Shown piece by piece: positions 16,217-24,874 of a stretch of DNA of 32,000 bases (positions within the stretch are counted from its first letter, which is position 1; each line of letters opens with the position of its first letter). Source of the DNA: Zestosphaera tikiterensis (GTDB lineage: Archaea; Thermoproteota; Thermoprotei_A; Sulfolobales; NBVN01); NCBI GenBank assembly GCA_003056265.1, contig NBVN01000004.1:330001-362000 (forward strand). Direction: 5' to 3'. Both the position numbers and the translations under genes were made by a program. The notes under the pieces were generated by a model, which was given only the letters and a program-made list of their open reading frames with translations, was not told the DNA's origin and did not search any database.

Positions 16217-19147
16217 GTGGGTAGTGTGGTTAACAAATACGTCCTTAGTTTTGAAGAAGGGGATTGGAGGGATAAGAAACTTCTAGGTGGTAAAGGTGCG
16301 TCATTAGCTCAAATGACCCAGTTAGGGCTTCCAGTACCTCCGGGGTTTACGATAACGACAGACGCTTGTCGTGAGTTCTACTCAACTAGGAAAGCTGAGA
16401 TAGACGCCATCGTTAAGGAGTTGGAGAGGAATCCCCCGCCTAACGTGAGGGACTCCTTAATAAGGAGGATTTGGGATATCATTAGAGTTATGGAGCTTCC
16501 TAACGGGCTTATGGAGCAAGTGGTTCAGTACATGAAGTATGTTGAGGAGAAAACAGGTAAGAAATTCGGAAGTCCTGACAACCCGCTGTTGGTTTCGGTG
16601 AGATCCGGTGCGGCCGTTTCAATGCCGGGTATGATGGATACAGTACTTAATTTAGGTATAAACGACGAAGTCGTTAAGGGTCTTGCTAGGTTAACAGGTA
16701 ATGAATGGTTTGCTTATGATGCTTATAGAAGATTCTTAGCTATGTTTGGAAGGATTGTACTTGAAATTAAGGAGGAGTACTTCAATGAAGTCTTCGATAG
16801 GTATGACGACGAGTTTAAGAAGAAAGCTCAAGAACTCTTCCCCAACGAGTTAGAGGCTATTAAGAATAAATACCCTAAGTACACCTTAAGGCTTGACGCG
16901 CAACCACCCATTGATGTAGCACCGAATTTGTGGAAGCTCTCAGTAGAGTATATGAAGAAAATAGTTGAGGAGTATAAAGATGTTATAGCTAAGAACTGGG
17001 GTGAATTCCCGCAAGATCCTTGGAAGCAGTTAGAGTTGGCTATTAAAGCTGTCTTTAGATCTTGGATGAATCCTAGAGCTATATTCTACAGAATGGCTAA
17101 CAACATAACGCCGGACATCGCTGACTGCACAGCTGTTAACGTAGTCACGATGGTTTTCGGTAACATGGGTTGGGATTCAGGAACGGGTGTTTACTTCACT
17201 AGGGATGTAGCTACAGGTGAGAACAGACCTTACGGTGAGTTCCTACCTAACGCTCAAGGGGAAGATGTGGTTGCTGGAATAAGAACGCCTTTAAGTTTAG
17301 ATGAGCTTAAAGAAAGAATGCCGGAGATTTATCAACAGTTAATCACAGCTGGTAAAACTCTTGAAAGGTTGAATAAGGACGTTATGGATATAGAGTTTAC
17401 TATAGAGAGAGGGAGGCTTTACTTCCTACAAAACAGGAAGGCTAAGATGACTCCGTTAGCTAGGGTTAAAACTGCCGTTGACATGGCTGAAGAGGGAATC
17501 ATAAGTAAGGAAGAAGCTATAATGCTGGTGTCGCCTGATGTGGTTCTGAAGCTACTTTACCCAAGGGTAGATCCTAAAGCTACTGCTACACCGATAGCTA
17601 AGGGTTTACCGGCATCACCAGGTGCTGTTAGCGGTGAAGTGGTATTCGATCCGGATACCGCTGTAGCTAAAGCTAGGGAAGGGAAGAAAGTCATACTCGT
17701 TAGGGTTGAGACAAAGCCAGATGACGTTCACGGATTCTACGCAGCAGTAGGTATATTAACTTCAAGAGGAGGAATGACCTCACACGCTGCTGTTGTAGCT
17801 AGAGGCATTGGAAAGCCGGCGGTTGTAGGTGCTGAATCTATAAAGATAGACTATGAGAAGAGGATATTCACAGTAAACGACGTAGTCGTTAAGGAAGGTG
17901 ATTGGATAACCATAGATGGAAACACGGGCAACGTATACGTTGGGAAAGTACCTACTATAGAGCCTGAGATAATACCTGAGTTGGATAAGCTCTTGAAGTG
18001 GGCTGACTCCATCAGGAGGTTGGGTGTAAGAGCTAATGCTGACGTACCTGAAGACGCTTTAATCGCTAGGAAGTTTGGTGCTGAAGGTATAGGGTTGTTA
18101 AGGATAGAGAGGATGTTTAGAAAGCCTGAGAGACTTAAAGCTTTAAGGAATGTAATACTTTCTGAGACTAAAGAAGAGAGGGAGGAACATCTAAGGAAGT
18201 TGGTGAGTATGATTAAACCAGACTTTAAAGAAATGCTTAAGATCATGGACGGCTTACCTGTAGTTATAAGGCTTATAGACCCACCACTTCACGAGTTCCT
18301 CCCAGCACCTGAAGAGATACTTAAAGAGCTTTACGACGCTAAGATAGCGTATGCCACATTAACTGAGTCGCAAACGGTTAAAGAACTAGCCCCGCAAACT
18401 ATTGAAGAGCTTAAGAGCAAGATATCTAAGTTGGAGACTCTATATAAGAGGGTGTCGGTTCTTAAGGAGCATAACCCGATGATGGGTCATAGAGGTGTTA
18501 GGGTAGGCGTAACACATCCTGAGATTTACTACTACTTAGCTAGGGCGATGCTTGAAGCTGCTGCTGAGTTAAAGAAGGAAGGGTATCATCCAGTACTTGA
18601 GATTATGATACCTCAAACCGCTCACGTCAACGAAGTTAAGTTCGTCAAGCAGAAAGCAATCATTCCAGCAATAAAAGATGTTGAGAAGGAATACGGAGTA
18701 GATTTAAGCGATGTTAAGATAGGTACGATGGTCGAAACTGTTAGGGCCTGCTTAACGGCGGCTGAGCTAGCTAAGGAGATGGACTTCTTCAGCTTCGGAA
18801 CTAACGACTTAACTCAAGCAACGTTTAGCTTCAGTAGAGATGACGTAGAGAATAAATTCATACCTCAGTACTTAGAATATGGGATTCTACCGGATAACCC
18901 GTTCCAGACACTAGATGTGGACGGTGTAGGTAAGTTAGTAGAGTACGCTACTAAAGAAGGCAAGAAAGCTAACCCGAATTTAGAGGTAGGGATATGTGGG
19001 GAACATGGTGGAGATCCAGCATCGATAGCCTTCTTACATAAAGCAGGTCTAGACTACGTCAGCGCTTCACCCTTTAGGATAATAGTGGCTAGGCTTGCTG
19101 CAGCTCAAGCAGCAGTTGCTGAGAAAATAAAGAAAGAAGCTGATTAA
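16217..19147 (+). CDS. ppdK: pyruvate, phosphate dikinase
   Basis: LLGGKGASLAQM ATP-grasp N-terminus, phosphohistidine loop GGMTSHAAVVARG and PEP-domain GICGEHGGDP. GAGGTGG at 16215-16221 favours the in-frame GTG at 16226 as the true start. Confidence 0.95.
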   Translation: MGSVVNKYVLSFEEGDWRDKKLLGGKGASLAQMTQLGLPVPPGFTITTDACREFYSTRKAEIDAIVKELERNPPPNVRDSLIRRIWDIIRVMELPNGLMEQVVQYMKYVEEKTGKKFGSPDNPLLVSVRSGAAVSMPGMMDTVLNLGINDEVVKGLARLTGNEWFAYDAYRRFLAMFGRIVLEIKEEYFNEVFDRYDDEFKKKAQELFPNELEAIKNKYPKYTLRLDAQPPIDVAPNLWKLSVEYMKKIVEEYKDVIAKNWGEFPQDPWKQLELAIKAVFRSWMNPRAIFYRMANNITPDIADCTAVNVVTMVFGNMGWDSGTGVYFTRDVATGENRPYGEFLPNAQGEDVVAGIRTPLSLDELKERMPEIYQQLITAGKTLERLNKDVMDIEFTIERGRLYFLQNRKAKMTPLARVKTAVDMAEEGIISKEEAIMLVSPDVVLKLLYPRVDPKATATPIAKGLPASPGAVSGEVVFDPDTAVAKAREGKKVILVRVETKPDDVHGFYAAVGILTSRGGMTSHAAVVARGIGKPAVVGAESIKIDYEKRIFTVNDVVVKEGDWITIDGNTGNVYVGKVPTIEPEIIPELDKLLKWADSIRRLGVRANADVPEDALIARKFGAEGIGLLRIERMFRKPERLKALRNVILSETKEEREEHLRKLVSMIKPDFKEMLKIMDGLPVVIRLIDPPLHEFLPAPEEILKELYDAKIAYATLTESQTVKELAPQTIEELKSKISKLETLYKRVSVLKEHNPMMGHRGVRVGVTHPEIYYYLARAMLEAAAELKKEGYHPVLEIMIPQTAHVNEVKFVKQKAIIPAIKDVEKEYGVDLSDVKIGTMVETVRACLTAAELAKEMDFFSFGTNDLTQATFSFSRDDVENKFIPQYLEYGILPDNPFQTLDVDGVGKLVEYATKEGKKANPNLEVGICGEHGGDPASIAFLHKAGLDYVSASPFRIIVARLAAAQAAVAEKIKKEAD

Positions 19148-19153
19148 TTTTTT
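19148..19153 (+). terminator. T6 tract immediately after the ppdK stop
   Basis: TAATTTTTT. Oligo-T is the usual archaeal intrinsic termination signal. Confidence 0.35.
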
Positions 19154-19183
19154 AAAAGGTAATCCTTAAGCAACGTCCTTAAT

Positions 19184-19525
19184 TCAGCAAACCTTACTTC
19201 CTGGAGGTACGGGTTTTTCAACAGTCAATATTACTGGGGTTTCCCCCTCACCACATCCAGCAGCTAATATCATTCCCTGGGATTCATAACCCATCATTTT
19301 CTTAGGCTTTAAGTTAGCCACAACTATGACGTACTTCCCTTTAAGATCCTCCGGTTTATACCACTCCGCTAACCCAGCTATTACTTGTCTTTTATCGCTC
19401 CCTAAATTTATTAAAAGTCTTATTAACTTACGTGATCCAGGAATTCTTTCAGCTTCCTCAACAACACCAACTCTAAGATCCACCTTCGCAAACTCTGCGT
19501 AATCGATTATTTGAGACTCAACCAC
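19184..19525 (-). CDS. stand-alone tRNA-binding domain protein (Trbp111/CsaA, MetRS C-terminal-like)
   Basis: The OB-fold pattern KVDLRVGVV...IAGL...YKPEDLKGK.V.VVANLKPKKMMG..SQGMILAA is typical of the EMAP/Trbp111 domain. AGGTGA lies 8 nt before the GTG start. Confidence 0.8.
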   Translation of the reverse strand: MVESQIIDYAEFAKVDLRVGVVEEAERIPGSRKLIRLLINLGSDKRQVIAGLAEWYKPEDLKGKYVIVVANLKPKKMMGYESQGMILAAGCGEGETPVILTVEKPVPPGSKVC

Positions 19526-19635
19526 TTTAACGTCACCTAATAAAGGTATTAAAACCCTTTATTAAATATGAGAAACGACTTAAACGTTATGTAAAAGGGG
19601 GTTTTTAACTTAAGTCAGGCGTTATATAGTGTTGA

Positions 19636-20055
19636 TTAAGTTGTTGTATTTAACTTTAAAGTCAGAGGTTTGAACTTTAACACGTATGGGATGACACCGT
19701 CTAACGTCTTAGTAGAGCGTCTGAGTGTAGCTACCACTTTCATTCCTATGCGGACGTCCTCAGGCTTTACATCAACTAACTCAGCTAAAACCTTAGCATC
19801 GCCTAACTTGATTAAGCCTATTATCAAAGGCGTGAATTCTTCAAAACCTTTCAGAGGGACATTTATTACGGTATACGTTAAAACCTCACCTACTTTAGGT
19901 AGCTCTTCCTCAACTACCTTTCTAGATCCGCATTTAGGACATGAAGCTTTGGGAGGGTATGCTATAAACCCGCATTCAAGACATCTAGTTGATATAAGCC
20001 TAAGAAGTATGTTTTTAATGCGCCATATCCTCTGAATCGTAGTCATTAGGCTCAC
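19636..20055 (-). CDS. DUF35 zinc-ribbon/OB-fold protein (thiolase-associated)
   Basis: CLECGFIAYPPKASCPKCGS rubredoxin-like ribbon followed by an OB fold. The start overlaps the thiolase stop (GTGA). Confidence 0.85.
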   Translation of the reverse strand: MSLMTTIQRIWRIKNILLRLISTRCLECGFIAYPPKASCPKCGSRKVVEEELPKVGEVLTYTVINVPLKGFEEFTPLIIGLIKLGDAKVLAELVDVKPEDVRIGMKVVATLRRSTKTLDGVIPYVLKFKPLTLKLNTTT

Positions 20056-21203
20056 CTCTTAAGTAACACCGTAGTAACGTTTGAGCCGACGCCACCAACG
20101 TTTTGCGTTAACCCAACTTCAGCTGGAACTAACACACCTGGGAAGTCCCCTCTTAACTGCATAACTACCTCAGCAACTTGATACACTCCAGTAGCGCCTA
20201 CCGGATGTCCTCTAGACTTAAGCCCGCCTGAAGGGTTAATCGTAGGTTTATCTCCAGGTTTAAATCTACCTTCGCTCCAAAGCTTAGCAGCCTTTCCTTT
20301 TTCAGCAAATCCTATCGACTCTAAACTAACTGCCGCGGTTATTGTGTATGCGTCATGTATTTCAGCAACGTCAACGTCTTTAACGCTTAACTTAGCCATA
20401 CGTAAAGCGTTCTCGGCAGATAACCTAGAAGCGAAGAGCTCGTCAAGCGAGAATCTAGATGATAAATCTGGACTATCTACGGCGTTGCTTACGCCAGCAA
20501 TCAATACCGGCGTATCACTTAGTTTCTTCCAATCCTCGTTAGTTAAGTATATGGCTGCTGCACCGTCACTTAATGGGCAAGCATCATAGAGTCTAATGGG
20601 ATCGGCTACTACAGGAGAGTTTAGAACCGTCTCTAAAGTTATTTCATTTCTTAATTGAGCGTAGGGGTTTTTAACGCCGTTCTGATGCATCATCACAGAC
20701 CAAAGAGCTAGTTCCTCCCTTTTCACGTTATATTTACTCATATAGTACCTCATGATTAAAGCGTTTAAACCAGCGAAACTTACGCCGTATATTAACTCGT
20801 AATCTGCGTCGGCAGCGTATGCTAACCCCCTTAAGGTGTCCGGAGTAGGTCTCTCAAGAAGTTTCTCCACCCCCACAACCAAAACTTTACTGTAAAGACC
20901 TGAAGCAACCATTAAGTATCCAGTCAACACAGCAACACCGCCCGAACCGCAAGCGCCCTCAACCTTAAGCCCGCATATACCTCTTAAGCCCGCATGATCC
21001 GCTATTAACGCGGCTAGATTCTCCTGCTCTACTAAACTACTTAACATGTTACCAACAACTATCGCTTCAGGTTTTTCATTACCTACCTCATCTAAGGCGT
21101 TAGATATAGCTTCAGCAGCTAAGTCCCGCATAGATACCTCCGTATGCTTACCTACTTTAGTCATCCCTACCCCAACAACATATACTTTCCGCATTAAGCC
21201 CAC
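20052..21203 (-). CDS. archaeal thiolase (acetyl-CoA C-acetyltransferase, SCP-x type)
   Basis: Active-site EGACGSGG, the GHPVGATG His motif and the GGVGSN C-terminal motif. Confidence 0.9.
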   Translation of the reverse strand: MGLMRKVYVVGVGMTKVGKHTEVSMRDLAAEAISNALDEVGNEKPEAIVVGNMLSSLVEQENLAALIADHAGLRGICGLKVEGACGSGGVAVLTGYLMVASGLYSKVLVVGVEKLLERPTPDTLRGLAYAADADYELIYGVSFAGLNALIMRYYMSKYNVKREELALWSVMMHQNGVKNPYAQLRNEITLETVLNSPVVADPIRLYDACPLSDGAAAIYLTNEDWKKLSDTPVLIAGVSNAVDSPDLSSRFSLDELFASRLSAENALRMAKLSVKDVDVAEIHDAYTITAAVSLESIGFAEKGKAAKLWSEGRFKPGDKPTINPSGGLKSRGHPVGATGVYQVAEVVMQLRGDFPGVLVPAEVGLTQNVGGVGSNVTTVLLKR

Positions 21204-21968
21204 CTAACACTGCATGTATAACGTCAATATACCTTCCGAAGCAGAACCGCCTACGAACACTATCTTCTCTTGAGTGGAGCATTTACTCAAGGCCTTAGAT
21301 AGGGCTAAAGCCGTCCCTAAACCTCCTTTAAATCCAGACTTCCTCAACTCTTCAGCGTCGCTTACATCAGCTTTTTTAAGCTTAAACTTAGCTAAGGCCT
21401 TATCTATTATTTTAGGGTTGTTCACAAACCCACTAACTATTTTCAAGCCATCCGACTTAACCTTCCTAGCCCTCAACAACTTACTTAAAACTTTAGAAAG
21501 TGAAGTTGCTGAAGCATCTGAGATTAACTCATTTAAAGCTTTTTCATCTGTTAAGTCCGTACGTAAAAACCCTAGAAACTCTCTTTTAAAGAGGTATTTA
21601 AGGATAGCTACCCTACCATCTCCCTCGCTTATCTCAAAGGTGACGGATCCCGCCGGCGGGTTAGTCCTGATCACGGTCACTAAGGATGGTGCTTGTTTTA
21701 ATCCGTAGATAAAGCCTTCACTAAAGGATTTAAAGATCACCGGTGATATATCTAAATCAAGTAATTCGTAAATTGTGTGAAGTTCTAAATTTTTAGTTTC
21801 GTCAGCTATGAATATGTGCGAGTACTTATGTAAGTTATCAAATCTGCTGAGGACTTCATAACCTACAGTAATCTCATCCTCGTCTTTAGATAGAGCTGGC
21901 ACTTCCTTACCATCAACCACGACCTTATTGGCTGGAATGTAAGCCTCCCACCTTCGTATATATACCAA
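21204..21968 (-). CDS. HMG-CoA synthase-like protein, shortened and lacking catalytic Cys/His (putative pseudoenzyme)
   Basis: The N-terminus VYIRRWEAYIP...SKDEDEITVGYEV parallels archaeal HMGCS (GYGSYIP...SPDEDTATIAVEA). Where HMGCS has FACKAGT this protein has FSEGFIY. Only 254 aa, against about 350. Confidence 0.6.
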   Translation of the reverse strand: MVYIRRWEAYIPANKVVVDGKEVPALSKDEDEITVGYEVLSRFDNLHKYSHIFIADETKNLELHTIYELLDLDISPVIFKSFSEGFIYGLKQAPSLVTVIRTNPPAGSVTFEISEGDGRVAILKYLFKREFLGFLRTDLTDEKALNELISDASATSLSKVLSKLLRARKVKSDGLKIVSGFVNNPKIIDKALAKFKLKKADVSDAEELRKSGFKGGLGTALALSKALSKCSTQEKIVFVGGSASEGILTLYMQC

Positions 21969-22084
21969 TCAATCCCCCTAGATACTATAGAGATACTTCT
22001 TTTATTGTTTACGTCTGACTTAGTCAATTGTCGATTTACATCAAATTTAAAGTCTTGAGGTTATTATCATTTTAGGTAAATAAG

Positions 22085-23089
22085 TTGGTTAACTTTAAGA
22101 ATATGACCGGCATCGTGATGCTCACTAGCGTCATATCATACGGCATAATATTCCTAATACTGTTTATGGATAACTTCAACAGCGTTATTGAAACTATCGC
22201 TAAAAGCAATGTAAGCTACGTTGCGTTAGCTTACCTAACTAGGGTTGCTTCTTTAACTCTACACGCATTAACATTCTGGGTTTTACTCAAGATGTTCGAG
22301 TCGAGGGTAAGCGTTTTAGACACTCTTAAAGTTACGTATGTCTCGATATTCCTAGAGCTTTTAGTCCCTATAGGCGGAATAACTGAAGTCGGTAAATACT
22401 ACCTTCTAACCAAGTATAGGTCTGTTTCTCCAAACCAAGCAATAGCTTCAATAACTTTACATAGGGTGATTTTATCGATGACTTTATTCGCGTTTTTAAT
22501 GATAGCTGTCCGTAACCTCAGGTTTTCAACAGCTTATGTGATGTTAATGTACATACCTGCTTTAGCTCTGATCCTCATCAACTTAACGCTTTTGTTAATA
22601 CCTAGTTCTAAACGCCTTGAAGATCTAGTAAATAAAGTCCTTACAAAGCTTAAGATGGAGAAGGTTACTCTTACGGAGAGCTACGTTAAAACCTTAACTC
22701 ATATTGGGATAAAACCTCAGTACGTAGTCTTAGCCGCGTTAGTAGCTCTTGCCGAGAGATACGTTAACGCCTTACACGGTATTATGTTAGCCTACCTGAT
22801 AGGCATAAACATTAACCTCTGGCAAGCTATCATAGGGTTTGACTCCATATACACTATAATATGGCTTTACCCTATCGTTACGCCAGGCAACGTAGGTATT
22901 TATGAGTTAACTCAAACCGGAGTTTTAACTTTAGTAGGTCTTAGCAGGTCATATTCAGCGTTATTAAGTGTATTCACGCGTGTGTTCCTTGTAATTGCTG
23001 AATACCCGCTTTTCTTCCTATCCGCGTTACTTATAGGCGTTGATATGAAATCCCTAGTTAAGGATGTAAGAGAGATGGAAGCTCGTTAA
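22085..23089 (+). CDS. UPF0104 / LPG-synthase-TM (flippase-like) family membrane protein
   Basis: About 8 TM segments, with two copies of the P-x-GG/GN-x-G-x-x-E motif (VPIGGITEVG and TPGNVGIYELT). The start could instead be the ATG at 22103. Confidence 0.6.
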   Translation: MVNFKNMTGIVMLTSVISYGIIFLILFMDNFNSVIETIAKSNVSYVALAYLTRVASLTLHALTFWVLLKMFESRVSVLDTLKVTYVSIFLELLVPIGGITEVGKYYLLTKYRSVSPNQAIASITLHRVILSMTLFAFLMIAVRNLRFSTAYVMLMYIPALALILINLTLLLIPSSKRLEDLVNKVLTKLKMEKVTLTESYVKTLTHIGIKPQYVVLAALVALAERYVNALHGIMLAYLIGININLWQAIIGFDSIYTIIWLYPIVTPGNVGIYELTQTGVLTLVGLSRSYSALLSVFTRVFLVIAEYPLFFLSALLIGVDMKSLVKDVREMEAR

Positions 23090-23210
23090 GAAACCCTTAA
23101 GAACTAACTGATCCATATGAAGGAATAACTTATTCAACGTTCCTATCCTAAACTAAGTGTGTTGTGATTTAAACGTTAATTTAGTAGCTTAACGCATAGT
23201 TATCGGGTAT

Positions 23211-23723
23211 GTGTCGATGCCTGTGAAAGAACATAGGAAGGAATCTGAGGGATTGGAGGTTAAACTCTGTCTAATTATAACCAGCGATTCTATACATAAA
23301 GGACTTAAGAAAGATGAAATTACACCACACGTGAGTAAACTCGTGGATAAGTTTAAGCTTAAGTTAATTAAATCTATCATCGTGCCTAACGACGCTGAGC
23401 AAATCGTTGAAGCCTTGAATAACTGCTTAAGCGAATGTGACGTGTGTTTAGTTACTGGCGGTACAGGCATAAGTCGGAAGGACATCAGCGTTGACGTGGT
23501 TAAGAAGCTCTGCGTTAAGGAATTGCCTGGGTTTGGGGAAATATTTAGATACTTAACTTACGTAAGATACGGTTCAGCAGCGATGCTTTCAAGGGCTCAC
23601 GCCTGTGTTATAAGCGATAAGCTCGTGTTTGTTATGCCAGGTTCTCCAGACGCTGTAGACTTAGCGCTTAAAGAGATAATCTTACCTGAAGTTAGACATG
23701 CCGTATTTGAGTTAAGGAAGTAA
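23211..23723 (+). CDS. moaB: molybdenum cofactor biosynthesis protein B (MoaB/MogA family)
   Basis: TGGTGISRKD motif, the PGSP motif near the C-terminus, 170 aa. Confidence 0.85.
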   Translation: MSMPVKEHRKESEGLEVKLCLIITSDSIHKGLKKDEITPHVSKLVDKFKLKLIKSIIVPNDAEQIVEALNNCLSECDVCLVTGGTGISRKDISVDVVKKLCVKELPGFGEIFRYLTYVRYGSAAMLSRAHACVISDKLVFVMPGSPDAVDLALKEIILPEVRHAVFELRK

Positions 23724-23809
23724 GATGACGTTTCTAAGAACTCTAGGTTACCTGCTTGATGCTTGAGCTATACCAACTAAACCTAATGGTCTTAAGCCTT
23801 AACGACTTG

Positions 23810-23818
23810 TTTTTATTT
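23810..23818 (+). promoter_or_regulatory. TATA box (TTTTTATTT) for the orphan ORF 23840-24511
   Basis: Ends 22 nt upstream of the ATG at 23840, consistent with a leaderless transcript. Confidence 0.4.
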
Positions 23819-23839
23819 CCTTAAACTAATTCTAACTGT

Positions 23840-24511
23840 ATGGTGGGTGCTACGTTCGTTGAAGCACATCCTTCGAAAAATAAGGGGTTTTTCCTATGGT
23901 ATCCTGTAGCCGTAGCTGAATTCGGTAATTGCCCTAACAAAAAAGTAAGTGGGAGGTTCGTCATTGATTGCTATGCCTATAACTTAATAGGGTCGTCTTT
24001 AGTAAGGTTTTTAATGTTAAAGAAGCTGCGTAAGGAAGCACAGCTTCTTCCATATCCATCTATAGACGCACCTATCCTACAACATAATGAATGTAGCGAA
24101 TATAGCTTCATGAAAAACGCTGAGGAGCTATGGCATGTCCTTCAGAATGAGGAAAAAGCTGCTGATATGATTAAGCAACTTTCCACCGTAGCAACAGCTA
24201 AAGCGGAAGAGCAGGTACGTGAGCGTAGGTTTAGATTCTTCCTATTTAGAGGACCTAGAGTTAACATCGAAAGATATGCCTTACGAAGTAATGTTGCTAT
24301 ATTAAAGGAGATACTTTCTAATTTATGCCTAGACAAATATGTAAAGCCAACTTCTTGGACACCTTCACATATACTGCTTAGGATTGATGCCGAAACAAGT
24401 TCTGTAAGCATCTTAGTAGGAAAGAATGAAGAATATTCAGCCACTTACTCAAGGTTCCTATTTAGAGATGAAATTTACACTACAATTAAATCTAAGCTTA
24501 ACCTAACCTGA
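23840..24511 (+). CDS. hypothetical protein, no family recognised
   Basis: 223-aa ORF with its own TATA box and leaderless geometry. The composition is similar to its neighbours. I can name no motif. Confidence 0.5.
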   Translation: MVGATFVEAHPSKNKGFFLWYPVAVAEFGNCPNKKVSGRFVIDCYAYNLIGSSLVRFLMLKKLRKEAQLLPYPSIDAPILQHNECSEYSFMKNAEELWHVLQNEEKAADMIKQLSTVATAKAEEQVRERRFRFFLFRGPRVNIERYALRSNVAILKEILSNLCLDKYVKPTSWTPSHILLRIDAETSSVSILVGKNEEYSATYSRFLFRDEIYTTIKSKLNLT

Positions 24512-24531
24512 TTTGCAGCCATAAGCTCAGT

Positions 24532-24808
24532 TCTCTAAAGTGGGGTATATGACCCTCTCCCCGCTCTGAAGGGCGGGGTTTCACTGTTGGGTCTTGAGCG
24601 ATACCCCTCCTTAAGGGGGTTACGGAATTTCTAATCAATCATCGACCTCTGAGGGCTTCAAAACTTCGTGTGGGAGGCATAGTATAGGTTGTATATGTGC
24701 TTTAGTTGATATTACTTGAGGTTTGCCTCCCACACACATTAAACATCATCACCAAAAACAAACTAAAAACATCAACATATAAACCTTCCCATCCCCACCC
24801 TAAAGAGA
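24532..24808. ncRNA. candidate structured non-coding RNA or structured repeat element, family and strand unassigned
   Basis: Lies in a 363-bp ORF-free gap. Closing helices 24532-24536/24804-24808 and 24540-24545/24793-24798. Nested hairpin 24559-24564/24573-24578 inside 24551-24555/24589-24593. Hairpin 24603-24620. Perfect 12-bp stem 24668-24679/24724-24735. A/C-rich 55-nt tract at 24736-24790. Confidence 0.3.
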
Positions 24809-24874
24809 CGAGGCTTTCAGTTGTAAAACTTATTATCTTTTTCTAATCACCTAAAAATAGTGAGGCTTTAGACA

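Noticed and set aside
23767-23779. The minus-strand TAGTTGGTATAGC resembles a tRNA D-loop. It could be a tRNA fragment or att-site remnant between moaB and the orphan ORF.
   Set aside because: No complementary D-stem, acceptor, anticodon or T-arm can be built around it on either strand.
24668-24738. H/ACA-like guide RNA: a 12-bp stem with a large internal region, followed immediately by ACA (24736-24738) on the plus strand.
   Set aside because: The distance from ACA to any plausible pseudouridylation pocket is about 20 nt rather than 14-16. No K-turn or K-loop is recognisable in the upper part. An ACA trinucleotide is expected by chance.
24532-24808. MITE-like element, with imperfect terminal inverted repeats TCTCTAAAGTGGGG / CCCCACCCTAAAGAGA.
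   Set aside because: There is no target-site duplication directly flanking the repeats, and I cannot see other copies within this window. It is not excluded, but only a whole-genome copy search can decide.
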